Assembly (NCBI GenBank): GCA_041492755.1
Contig: JBGPXN010000031.1
Coordinates: forward strand, 1 to 36,539
Source: Candidatus Methylomirabilia bacterium
GTDB taxonomy: Bacteria > Methylomirabilota > Methylomirabilia > Rokubacteriales > CSP1-6
Direction: 5' to 3'
Length of the DNA stretch: 36,539 bases
Below, one piece after another: positions 21,849 through 33,800 of this stretch (the first letter of the stretch is position 1; each line of letters begins with the position of its first letter). The notes beneath the pieces were generated by a model that was not told the DNA's origin, did no database searches, and saw only the letters and a program-made list of their open reading frames with translations. The position numbers and the translations under genes are program-made.

Positions 21849-22862
21849 TTAGCGGTGGGTGATGTAGCCTTCGCGGAGGTCGCGGTCGACGAGGTGGTGG
21901 TTGTCCATGTCGGTGCCGGACACCTGGATGCCCCAGATGTTGGCGGCGCCCTCGGCCATCACGCGGTCCGGCACGGCCTGCCCCAGTGCGCCCGCGATGA
22001 CGTGCGGCAGGAAGTGGCCGATGACGTGACGGGCGGCCACCGGCGCCGGATGCCGCACGTTGAGGATCGAGCCCGCGTAGTCGACGTGCAGCTCGTCGCC
22101 GCGCACCTCGCAGCGGACCTTGATGGTGATCGGCTCGTCGAAGCCGTCCGAGGTGATCGCGTACTCGTAGGCGCGGGGGCGCAGCGCGCGGATCGCCTCG
22201 CGCATCGCGCGCTCCGTGCGCGTGATGATCTCGTCGGCCAGCGGCTCCAGCCGCGGCAGGCCGAACTCGGCCATGAACTCCAGCAGGCGTTCGCCGCCCA
22301 CGGCGCCGCCCGCGATCTGGGCGTGAAAGTCGCCGAGCACCATCTCCGGGAGCCGGGTATTGGCCCGGATGAAGCTGACGAGGGTCGCGTTGGGCCGGCC
22401 GGCCTCGTAGAGCTTCATGATCGGGATGAACAGCCCTTCCTCGTACACCTCGCGCGCCTCGGCGGACAGGACGTGGCCGCCGATGTCCGCGGTGTGGCAG
22501 GTGGACGCGAAGAAGGCCACGCAGTCGTCCCCCCGGAACACCGGCGAGCAGATCGTGACGTCGTTGAGGTGGCCGGAGGTCTTCCAGGGATCGTTGGTGA
22601 TCAGCACGTCGCCCGGGTGGAGGCGTTCGAGCGGGTACTCGGCCAGGATGTGCTTCATGGCGAGCGCCATGGAGTTGATGTGTCCGGGCGTGCCGGTGAC
22701 GGCCTGGGCGACCATGAAGCCGCGGCGATCGAAGACGCCGGCCGAGAGATCACCCGCCTCGCGCACGATCGACGTGAACGACGTTCGCTGCAGCGCCGTC
22801 GTCTGCTCGTTGACGACGCCGATGAGCCGGTTCCAGCAGATTTCCAGCGTCACCGCGTCCAT
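21849..22862 (-). pseudogene. Hydantoinase B/5-oxoprolinase family protein, apparently with two in-frame internal deletions
   Basis: LQRTSFTSIVREAGDLSAG, GDVLITNDPW..SGHLND, HTADIGG, EEGLFIP; only ~337 aa; lacks the GGxGA, SGGxG..RGG and PGGGG motifs yet ends RDLREGYI. Confidence 0.7.
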
Positions 22863-23029
22863 GGTCGTCGTCGTCGCGGCCGCGCTCGACGGACGAGCCT
22901 CCCCCGCGCGCACACCGCGTCTATGCGGCTTCGCGACCCGCCCGCGGGCAAGGGTGTGCCATACTTGCGGGCCCTCGGAGGCGCGTTTCCTTGATCCTCT
23001 GCCATGTTGTTGGCTATCGTGGGACCGCT

Positions 23030-24646
23030 TTGACGCACACGGCCCCCCTCGGCGGGCTGCTCGCCCTCCTCCTCCTTTTTCCCCTCCTCACCGTCTTGAT
23101 CCCTCTCGCCGCTGCTCAAGCCCCCCCGACAGCCGGTCCGCGCGTGGTGACGCAGGCGCGACTGCGCGTCGCGGGCTTCCGTGTCAGCGGCAGCACGGTC
23201 TTTCGGGCGAACGTGCTCGAGGCGCTCCTTCAAGACGCCGTCGGACGCGACGTCACGCTTCAGGAGCTCGAGGGGCTGGCGGAACGGATCACGACGTACT
23301 ACCGGATCCATGGCTACATCCTGGCGCGCGCGCTCGTTCCGGCGCAGGACATCCACGGCGGCATCGTCGAGATCACGGTGGTCGAGGGCAAGATCGGCAC
23401 GATCGACATCCGCGGCCCGACCCACTACGCGCCCGCCGATCTGCGTCCGTTCCTGGTCCGGCCCGGCGAGGTCTTTCACGCCGATCGGTACGAGCGCAGA
23501 CTGCTGATCCTCAACGACCTTCCCGGGATCAAGGCCACCAGCACGCTGCAGCCGGGCGCGGCCACCGGCGAGGCCGACGTCGTGGTCGAGGTCGCCGATC
23601 GGCAGATCACGGGTCTCATCGAAGCCAACAACTATGGCTCCACCGTGAACGGCGCCGAACGCTTCGGCCTGCTCGTGACCTTCACCGGCCCGCTGCGTCT
23701 CGGCGACGCGCTGTCCTTCCGCGCGTTCACGTCGCTCAAGGGCGACGTCCTGGTGACGAGGTTCGCGTACACGATACCCGTGGGCTTGGAGGGCACCCGC
23801 CTGGGCGCCTCCTACACCCGCGCACGGTCGGAGTCGGGTCAGCAGCTACGCGAGCTGAACATCGGGGCCGCCGGTGACATCGTGAGCGCATTTCTCGGCC
23901 ACCCGTTCATCCGGAGTCGGGAGCTGAACGTGTTCGCGCAGCTCGGCTTCGACGTGAAGAGCTACCGGACGCAGCTTTTGGGGCAGCCGATCAGCGAGGA
24001 CAACCTCCGCGTCATCACGCTCGGGGCGGGCCTGGAGGCGACTCATTGGCGCGGCGTTTCCCAGTTCGGGGTGACCGGCCACCAGGGTATCGGCAGCCTG
24101 TTCGACGGCCTCAAAGAGGACGATGACAAGGACGCGAGCCGTCCCGGGGCCGGCGGCACGTACACCAAGGTGACCGGCGAGGTATCGCGGCTGCAGCAGC
24201 TTTATGGTCCTACCTCGATCTTCCTTCGGGCGCTGGGCCAGTGGTCCAACGACCGCCTCGTGACCCCCGAAGAGTTCGCCGTCGGTGGACAGGGCACCGT
24301 CCGCGGCTATCCTATCGCCGAGTTTCTCGGCGACCATGGCTACGCGCTGACTGCGGAGCTCCGGTGGAACGCCCCGGGCTTTGCCGACCGGACCGCCTTC
24401 CTCGGCAAACGCTGGGGCGACCTCCTTCAGTTCTTCGTCTTCGTCGATCGTGGCGCCGCGTTTGTGATCGAGCCACCACAGGGACAGCTTGGCATGAAGG
24501 ACCTCACCGGTGCCGGTGCTGGCCTGCGGTTCACGTTCCCTGAGGTGCTGAATTTCAAGGTGGAATACGCCAGGCCCGTCGGTTTGCCCAGGCCCTCGGA
24601 TGGCCAGATGAATGTCATTTATTTCCAGGGCACATTGCAATTCTGA
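23030..24646 (+). CDS. TpsB two-partner secretion transporter (ShlB/FhaC/HecB family); start uncertain (TTG 22991 or 23030)
   Basis: Signal peptide (LLALLLLFPLLTVLIPLAAA), POTRA YYRIHGYILARALVPAQ, LNDLPG, NNYG, loop-6 GTVRGY, C-terminal YFQGTLQF. Confidence 0.93.
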   Translation: MTHTAPLGGLLALLLLFPLLTVLIPLAAAQAPPTAGPRVVTQARLRVAGFRVSGSTVFRANVLEALLQDAVGRDVTLQELEGLAERITTYYRIHGYILARALVPAQDIHGGIVEITVVEGKIGTIDIRGPTHYAPADLRPFLVRPGEVFHADRYERRLLILNDLPGIKATSTLQPGAATGEADVVVEVADRQITGLIEANNYGSTVNGAERFGLLVTFTGPLRLGDALSFRAFTSLKGDVLVTRFAYTIPVGLEGTRLGASYTRARSESGQQLRELNIGAAGDIVSAFLGHPFIRSRELNVFAQLGFDVKSYRTQLLGQPISEDNLRVITLGAGLEATHWRGVSQFGVTGHQGIGSLFDGLKEDDDKDASRPGAGGTYTKVTGEVSRLQQLYGPTSIFLRALGQWSNDRLVTPEEFAVGGQGTVRGYPIAEFLGDHGYALTAELRWNAPGFADRTAFLGKRWGDLLQFFVFVDRGAAFVIEPPQGQLGMKDLTGAGAGLRFTFPEVLNFKVEYARPVGLPRPSDGQMNVIYFQGTLQF

Positions 24647-24708
24647 CATCCGAAACCCGACGATTTCCTATATAGTCACGCTCCCCTTAGCCTCGGGGAG
24701 GCATTTTT

Positions 24709-24801
24709 GTGAAGCTCGCAGTGAAGACCGGCTTTCTCCGGAACCGCCATTCCGGGACAGGTCGCCTCGGCGATTCCCGTCCTGACGCCGAAGCTCTGTG
24801 A
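24709..24801 (+). CDS. Putative 30-aa leader ORF overlapping the tpsA start
   Basis: SD GGGGAGG (24695-24701), GTG 24709; MKLAVKTGFLRNRHSGTGRLGDSRPDAEAL*; TGA overlaps GTG 24798 (GTGA). Confidence 0.35.
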   Translation: MKLAVKTGFLRNRHSGTGRLGDSRPDAEAL

Positions 24802-27800
24802 TCTCCCGCCTCCGCCGCTCGATACTCGCCGGGCCCCTCAGCGCGACCATGATCGGGTTGTCGTTCGCCGGCTTCGCCGAGGCGTTTCCCCGTGGCGGAA
24901 CCGTCACCGGAGGCCAGGCGGCTATCGACAAGATCAATGGCTCGACGCTCATGATCAACCAATCCACCGACCGCGCGATCATCAACTGGCAGAGCTTCGG
25001 GCTCAGTGCTGGTGAAGTCGTCCGTTTCCTTCAGCCTGGACGCCAGTCGATCACCGTGAACCGGGTGACCGGGCCCGAGGCGTCGGTGATCCTCGGCGCG
25101 ATCGATGCCACCGGCCGCATCTTCCTCCTCAACCCCAACGGCATCCTGATCGGCCAGGGCGCGCGCATCGACGTCAACGGCCTCGTCGCCACCACGCTCA
25201 ACGTCAATGACGCCGATTTCATGGCCGGCCGCTACGTCTTCCGCCAGGCCGGCGGCAGCATCACCGCCACGGTCGTCAATCGCGGCACCATCAACGCGGG
25301 TGAGCGCGGCTTCGTCGTCCTGTCTGCTCCCGGCGTCGTGAACGAGGGGACGATCAACGCGCGCCTCGGCACCGTGCATCTGTCGTCCGGCGAGCAGCTC
25401 ACGATTGACTTCGGCGGCGACGGATTGCTGCGCTTCGCCGTGGACGGCGCGCTGCCCGGCCAACCCGTGGGTCCCGACGGCCGCCCACTCTCGTCACGCG
25501 TGAGCAACCAGGGCCACATCCAGGCGGACGGTGGGCGGGTCGTCCTCAACGCCCGGACGGCGGGCGACGTCCTGAGCAGCGTCGTCAACAACACCGGCAC
25601 GATCCAGGCGCGCTCGCTCGTCAACGAGGGCGGCGTCGTGCGGCTCATCGGCGGCGATGACGCCCTGAAGCGTGCGACGTCGAGCGGCGCGATGGCGCCT
25701 GGCGGCGCAGCGACCGGTGTGGTCACGAACACCGGCTGGATCGACGTGTCCGCGGCGGAAGCGGGCGCCGCCGCCGGTCAGGTGCTGATGCTGGGGCAGC
25801 GCGTGGGCCAGCGCGGCGAGATCGAGGCCCGCGGTGCCGGCGCCGGGCGCGGGGGCGACGTGCTCATCACGTCCAGCGAGAAGACGGTGCTCGGCGCGAC
25901 GGGCAGGATCGACGTGAGCGGCGGTACCACAGGGGACGCCGGCCGCGTGCTGGTGTGGTCGGATCGCGACACCTTCGTGTCTCCGAGATCGCAGATCGTC
26001 GCGCGCGGCGGCGACCAGGGCGGAGATGGTGGCTTCGTCGAGGTGTCCGCCCGGAACAACCTCAATTTCGCCGGCGCCGTGGATACGCGGGCGCCCCAGG
26101 GCAAGCTCGGCACGCTCCTGCTGGATCCGCACAACATCACGGTCGCCAACGGAGGAGCCGCGACGCTGGCCGACGTCGACGAGTTCGCCGACACGCCGGC
26201 GGCGGACGTGACCATCGCGCCGTCGACGATCAACACGGCGGCCACCACCGTCGAGCTCCAGGCCAACAACGACATCACCGTCAACAACGCCATCGCCATG
26301 ACGACGTCGGGCGCCGGCCTCACGATGCGGGCCGGGCGGTCCGTCGACGTCAACGCCAACATCAGCACCAACAACGGCGCGATCTCGGTCACCGCCAACG
26401 ACGCCGGGGCCTCCGTCGCCAACCGCGACGCCGGGGCCGGCAACGTCACGATGGCGACCGGGACCAGCCTCAACGCCGGCAACCAGAGCATCTCGCTGAC
26501 CATCGGGACGCTGGCCGGCGGCACGCCGGGCAGCATCACCGCACGGGATCTCACCACCAGCGCCGGCGTCATCTCGATCAACTCGCAGAACGCGGTCACG
26601 CTCGAGGGCATCGTCAGCGCGGGCAGCGGCACCGTCGCCATCACCGCCAACGCGGACGGCGCCGGCAGCGAGGGCTTCACCCAGAACGCCGCCATCACGA
26701 CGACCGACACCGGTGCTACCCCGTTGACCATCAGCGTGAACACGGCCGCGGGCGGCGCCGGCGGCGCGGCGCTGCACGACATCACGACCGGCTCTGGTGG
26801 GACGGTCACGGTCACGACGGCCACCGGCGGGAACACGACCGGCGGCTCGATCACGCGGACCGCCGGCAGTAGCATCAACAGTGGCACGGTCAGTCTCTCC
26901 ACGCCGAGTGGCGGCTCGAGTGGAATCGGGACGGCGGGCACGCCGATCGCGACCACCGCGGGCACGGTCATCGCCGCCGCGGGCTCGGGCGGCGTGTTCG
27001 TGACCGAGAGCGATGGCGCGAACTTCACGGCCACGGCGGGCGGCGCCGGCAGCATCACGCTCACCAGCACGACCGGGACACTCACGGTCGCCGGCGCCAC
27101 CTCGACGGGCAGCGGCGCCATCACGCTCTCGAGCGGCGACGCGGTCGCCGTGGGCGCCGTCGTGAACGCCGGGAGCGGGACGGTGGCGATCGCGGCGAAC
27201 ACCGACGGCACTGGTGCGCAGGGGTTCGCCCATGCCACAGCGGCGGCCATCACGACCACCAACACCGGCAGTTCCGCCGTCGGCATCGCCGTCAACGCCG
27301 CCGCCGGTGGCAGCGGCGGCGCGCAGCTCGGCGACATCACCACGGGCTCCGGTGGCGCCGTCACCGTCAGCACGGCGACGGGCGGCAACGCGACCGGTGG
27401 ATCCATCACCCGGGCGGCGGGGACGTCGGTAAACGTGGGGACCGGAACGGTGAGCCTGACGACGCCGACGGGGGGCGCGAGCGGGATCGGCACGGCGGGC
27501 ACGCCGATCGCGACGACGGCGGGCACGGTGACCGCGAGCGCGGGCTCGGGCGGCGTATTCATCACCGAGAGCGACGGTGCCAGCTTCACCGCGACGGCGA
27601 CCGGCGCCGGCAATGTCTCGCTCACGAGCACCACGGGAACGCTGACGATCGGCGGCACCACGTCGACGGGCAGTGGCGCGATCACGTTGTCGAGCGCCGA
27701 CGCGGTGGCTGTCAATTCGACGGTGGATGCCGGGACCGGGGCGGTCGCGATCGCCGCCAACACCGACGGCAGCGGCGGCCAGGGCTATAGCCAGGCTGGA

Positions 27801-30800
27801 TCGGTCACCACGACGAATACGGGCGCGGCAGCGGTCGCCATCAGCGTCAACGCCGCTGGGGGCGGCACCGGCGGCGCTCAACTCGGCAACATCACGACGG
27901 GCTCGGGCGGGACGATCAACGTCACGACCGCGACGGGCGGCAATACCACGGGTGGGTCGATCACGCAGGCGGCGAGCACGACGCTGAACGCCGGCAGCGG
28001 GACGGTGAGCCTGACGACGCCGACCGGCGGCGCGAGCGGGATCGGCACGGCGGGGACGCCGATCACGACGACGGCGGGCACGGTGACGGCGAGCGCGGGT
28101 TCGGGCGGCGTGTTCATCACGGAGTCCGATGGCGCCAACTTCACGGCCACGGCGACGGGCGCGGGCGACGTGAGTCTCACGAGCACGACCGGCACGCTCA
28201 CGATCGCGGGCGCGACGTCGACGGGCAGTGGCGCCGTCACGCTCGCCAGCGGCGACGGGGTGGCCGTCAACGCGACAGTGGCCGCGGGCAGCGGGACGGT
28301 GACCATCGCGGCGAACACGGATGGCGCTGGCGCCCAGGGCTTCTCGCAGGCGGCGGCCATCACGACGACGAACGCGGGCGGCGCCGCCGTCACCATCAGC
28401 GTGAACGCGGCCGGCGGCGGGACCGGCGATGCGCAGCTTGGCAGCATCACCACGGGCTCGGGCGGCACCCTGACCGTGACGACGGCCACGGGTGGGAACA
28501 CCACCGGTGGCTCGATCACCCAGGCCGCGAGCACGACGCTGAACGTGGGCACCGGAACGGTGAGCCTGACGACCCCGACCGGCGGCACGAGCGGGATCGG
28601 GACGGCGGGCGCGCCGATCATGACGACGGCCGGCACGGTGACCGCGAGCGCGGGCTCGGGCGGCGTGTTCGTGACCGAGAGCGACGGCGCGAGCTTCACG
28701 GCGACGGCGGCTGGCGCGGGCAACGTGTCGCTGACGAGCACCACGGGGACGCTGACCATTGGCGGCACGACGTCGACGGGCAGCGGCGCGATCACGCTGT
28801 CGAGTGGCGACGGGGTGGCTGTGAACGCCACGGTGGACGCGGGCAGCGGGACGGTGGCGATCGCGGCGAACACGGACGGGGCGGGCGCCCAGGGCTACAG
28901 CCAGGCGGGCGCGATCACGACGACGAACGCCGGCACTTCCGCGGTCAGTATCGCGGTCAACGCCGCAGGTGGCGGGACCGGCGGGGCGCAGCTCGGCGAC
29001 ATCGCGACGGGCGCGGGCGGGACGGTCACCGTGACGACGGCCACGGGCGGGAACACGACCGGGGGCTCGATCACGCGGGCCGGCGGAACATCGGTGAGCG
29101 TCGGAAGCGGTACCGTCAGCCTGGCCACGCCGACCGGTGGCGCGAGCAGGATCGGTACGGCGGGGACGCCGATGGCGACGACCGCGGGTACGGTCACCGC
29201 AAGCGCCGGCTCGGGCGGGGTCTTCATTACGGAGTCCGACGGCGCGAGCTTCACGGCCACGGCGGGCGGCGCCGGTAACGTCAGTCTCACCAGCACGACC
29301 GGGACGCTGACCATTGGCGGCACGACGTCGACGGGCAGCGGCGCCATCACGCTGTCGAGTGGCGACGCGGTGGCGGCGAACGCCACGGTGGACGCGGGCA
29401 GCGGGACGGTGGCGATCGCGGCGAACACGGACGGGGCGGGGGCCCAGGGCTACAGCCAGGCGGGCGCGATCACGACCAGCAACGCCGGCGCGTCAGCGGT
29501 GAGCATCACCGTGAATACGGCGACCGGCGGGACGGGCGGGGCGCAGCTCGGCGACATCACCACCGGCTCGGGGGGCACGGTGACGGTCAGCACCGCCACC
29601 GGTGGCAACACGACGGGTGGATCCATCACACGGGCGTCGGGAACGTCGGTGAACGTGGGGACGGGAACGGTGAGCCTCAGCACGCCGACCGGGGGCACCA
29701 GCGGGGTCGGCACGGCGGGGACGCCGATGGCGACGACCGCGGGCACCATCACCGCGAGCGCCGGCTCGGGCGGGGTCTTCATTACGGAGTCCGACGGCGT
29801 GAGCTTCACGGCCACGGCGGGCGGCGCCGGTAACGTCAGTCTCACCAGCACCTCCGGCACGCTGACGATCGGCGGGACGACGTCAACGGGCAGCGGCACG
29901 ATCACGCTGTCGAGCGGGGACGCGGTGGCGGTGAACGCCACGGTGGACGCGGGCAGCGGGACGGTGGCGATCGCGGCGAATACCGACGGCGCGGGGGCCC
30001 AGGGCTACAGCCAGGCGGGCGCGATCACGACGACAAACGCGGGCGCTTCGGCGGTCAGCATCGCGGTCAACGCCGCGGGTGGCGGCACCGGCGGGGCGCA
30101 GCTCGGCGACATCGCCACCGGTAGCGGAGGCACGGTCACCGCAACGACGGCCACCGGCGGGAACACGAGCGGCGGGTCCATTACCCGGGCGAGCGGCACC
30201 TCGGTGAACGTCGGCACCGGGACGGTGGCGTTCAGCACGCCGACGGGCGGATCGAGTGGCGTGGGCACCTCCGGCACGCCGATGGCGACCACGGCGGGGA
30301 CGGTCACGGCGAGCACGGGATCGGGCGGCGCGTTCATCACCGACTCGGATGGCGCCAGCTTCACCGCGACGGCGAGCGGTACCGGCAGTGTCTCGCTGAG
30401 CAGCACGACCGGCACGCTCACGATCGGTGGAACGACCTCGACGGGGAGCGGCACCATCACCTTGTCCAGTGGCGACGCCGTCGCGGTGAACGCGACACTC
30501 GATGCCGGCAGCGGCACCGTTGCCATCGGCGCGAACACCGACGGCACCGGCGTCCAGGGCTACAGCCAGTCGGGGACGATCACGACGACGAACGCCGGCG
30601 CCTCGGCCGTCAGCATCACCGTCAACGCCGCGGGGGGCGGCACTGGCGGCGCTCAACTCGGCAACGTCACGACCGGCTCCGGCGGGACGGTGACGGTCAC
30701 GACTGCGGCGGGCGGTAACACGACGGGTGGCTCCATCTCGCGTGCCGGCGGCACCTCGATCGACGTCGGGAGCGGCACGGTGAGCCTCAGCACGCCGACC

Positions 30801-33800
30801 GGTGGGTCGAGTGGGATCGGCGCGCCCGGCACGGCCATGGCGACGACCGCGGGTACCGTCACCGCCGGCGCAGGCTCCGGCGGGGTGTTCCTGACGGAGT
30901 CGGATGGCGCGAGCTTCACGGCCACGGCGACGGGCGCGGGCAACGTCAGCCTGACCAGCACGACCGGCACGCTGGCGATCAGCGGGACGACGTCGACCGG
31001 TAGCGGCGCGCTCACGCTCTCGAGCGGCGACGCGGTGGCGGTGAACGCTGCCGTGAACGCCGGCAGCGGAACCGTGGCGATCACCGCGAACACCGACGGC
31101 GTCGGCGCGCAGGGCTTCAGTCAGTCGGCCGCGATCACGACGACGAACACCGGCGCGCCGGCGGTCACGATCAACGTGAACGCGGCCGGGGGCGGCACCG
31201 GCGCCGCCCAGCTCGGCGACGTCACCACCGGCTCCGGCGGCACGGTGACGGTGACGACGGCGACCGGTGGCAACACCACCGGCGGGTCGATCACTCGCGC
31301 CGGCGGCACGTCGGTGAGCGTCGGGAGCGGCACCGTCGCCTTCAGCACGCCGACGGGCGGATCGAGCGGTATCGGCACGGCGGGCACGCCGATGGCGACG
31401 ACGGCAGGGATCGTGACGGCGAGCAGCGGCTCGGGCGGCGTCTTCGTCACCGAGAGTGACGGCGCGAGCTTCACCGCGACCGCGGGCGGTGCGGGCAACG
31501 TCTCGCTGACGACCACGACCGGCACGCTGGCGATCGGCGGGACGACGTCGACCGGCAGCGGCGCGATCACGCTGTCGAGCGGCGACGCGGTGGCGGTGAA
31601 CGCGACGGTGGACGCCGGCAGCGGCACGGTGGCGATCACGGCCAACACGGATGGGGCGGGCGCGCAGGGTTACAGCCAGGCGGGCGCGATCGCGACCACG
31701 AACACCGGCGCCTCCGCGGTGTCGATCGCGGTGAACACGGCCGGCGGCGGGACCGGCGGCGCGCAGCTCGGTGACATCACGACCGGCTCGGGTGGGACGG
31801 TGATGGTCGGCACGGCGACGGGCGGCAACACGACCGGCGGCTCGATCACGCGTGCCAGCGGGACCTCGGTCAACGTCGGCAGCGGCGCGGTCGCGTTCAG
31901 CACGCCGACGGGCGGCACGAGCGGGATCGGCACCTCGGGTACGCCGATGGCGACGACGGCGGGGACGATCACGGCCACCGCGGGCTCGGGTGGTGTGTTC
32001 ATCACCGAGTCCGACGGCGCCAGCATCACCGCGACGGCGACGGGCGCGGGCGACGTGAGTCTTCGAAGCAGCAGTGGCACGTTGACGATCGGCGGGACCA
32101 CCTCGACCGGAGCCGGCGCCATCGCCCTTTCGAGCGGTGACGCGGTCGCGGTGAACGCCACCGTGGATGCCGGGAGCGGGACGATCGCGATCACCGCCAA
32201 CACGGACGGTTCGGGCACCCAGGGCTACGGTCAATCCGGCGCGCTCACCACCACGAATACCGGCGCCTCCGCCGTGAGCATCAGCGTCAACTCGGCCAGC
32301 GGCGGCGTGGGCGGCGCCCAGCTCGGCAACATCACGACCGGCTCCGGCGCCACCGTGACGGTGACGACGGCGACGGGCGGCAACACGACCGGGGGATCGA
32401 TCACGCAGACGTTCGGCACGACGGTCAACGTCGGCGGCGGTAGCGTGAGCCTCGCCACACCGACCGGTGGCGCGAGCGCCATCGGCACCGCGGCGGCGCC
32501 GATCGCGACCACGGCCGGCACCGTGACGGCGAGCGCCGGTTCGGGCGGTCTGTTCATCACCGAGTCCGACGGGGCGAGCTTCACGGCGACCGCGACGGGC
32601 GCCGGCAGCGTCAACCTCACGAGCACCACCGGGACGCTGACGATTGCCGGGACGACGTCCACCGGTAGCGGCGTCATCACGCTCGCGAGCGGCGACGCGG
32701 TGGCGGTGAACGCGACGGTCGACGCGGGCAGCGGGACGGTGGCGGTCAGTGCCAACACCGACGGCACCGGCGCCCAGGGCTTCTCGCAGTCGGCGGCCAT
32801 CACGACGACGAACACCGGCGGGTCCGGCGTGAGCATCAGCGTGAACGCCGCGGGGGGCGGCAGCGGTGGCGCCCAGCTCGGCACCATCAGCACCGGGTCC
32901 GGCGGCACCGTCTCCGTCAGCACGGCCACCGGTGGCAACACGACGGGCGGGTCGATCACGCGGGCCTCCGGAACCAGCATCGACGTCGGGACCGGGACGG
33001 TGACGCTCACCGCGCCGACCGCCGGCTCGAGCAGTGTCGGCACTGCCGGCACGAACATGGCGCTCACCGCCGGTACGGTCACCGCGAACGCGGGCTCCGG
33101 CGGCATCTTCGCCACGGAGAGCGACGGCGCCAGCTTCACCGCGAACGCGGGCGGCGCCGGCAGCGTCTCGCTCACCACGACGACGGGCACGCTGACGATC
33201 GGCGGCGCGTCGTCCACCGGGAGCGGGGCGATCACGCTCTCCAGCGGCGATGCCGTGGCCGTCAACGCGGTCGTGAATGCGGGGAGCGGCACCGTGGCGA
33301 TCACGGCCAACACCGACGGTGCGGGCGCCCAGGGGTACGGCCAGTCGGGCACGATCAGCACGACGAGCACGGGCGCCTCGGCCGTCGCCATCGACGTGAA
33401 CGCGGCCGGGGGCGGCACCGGCGGTGCCCAGCTCGGCACCATCACGACCGGCTCGGGTGGAACGGTCACCGTGTCGACCGCGACGGGCGGCAACACCACC
33501 GGCGGCTCGATCACGGGGGCGGGCGGGACGAGCGTGAACGTCGGCAGCGGCACGGTAAGTCTGACGACGCCCACGGGCGGCGCGAGCGGCATCGGCACGG
33601 CCGGCACGCCGATGGCGACGACGGCCGATACCATGACGGCCACGGCCGGCTCGGGCGGAGTCTTCATCACCGAGTCCGACGGGGCGAGCTTCACGGCCGC
33701 CGCGAGTGGCGCCGGCAACGTGAGCCTCGCGAGCACGACGGGGACGCTGACGATCGGCGGCGCGACGTCGACCGGCAGCGGTGCCATCACGCTGTCGAGC

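Noticed and set aside
22948..22961. Sigma54 -24/-12 promoter TGGCACACCCTTGC on the - strand upstream of the hydantoinase B gene
   Set aside because: Only 9 nt separate GG and GC, and 10 are required. The same bases overlap a possible extended -10 (TGcCATACT) on the + strand for tpsB, which is also too weak to call.
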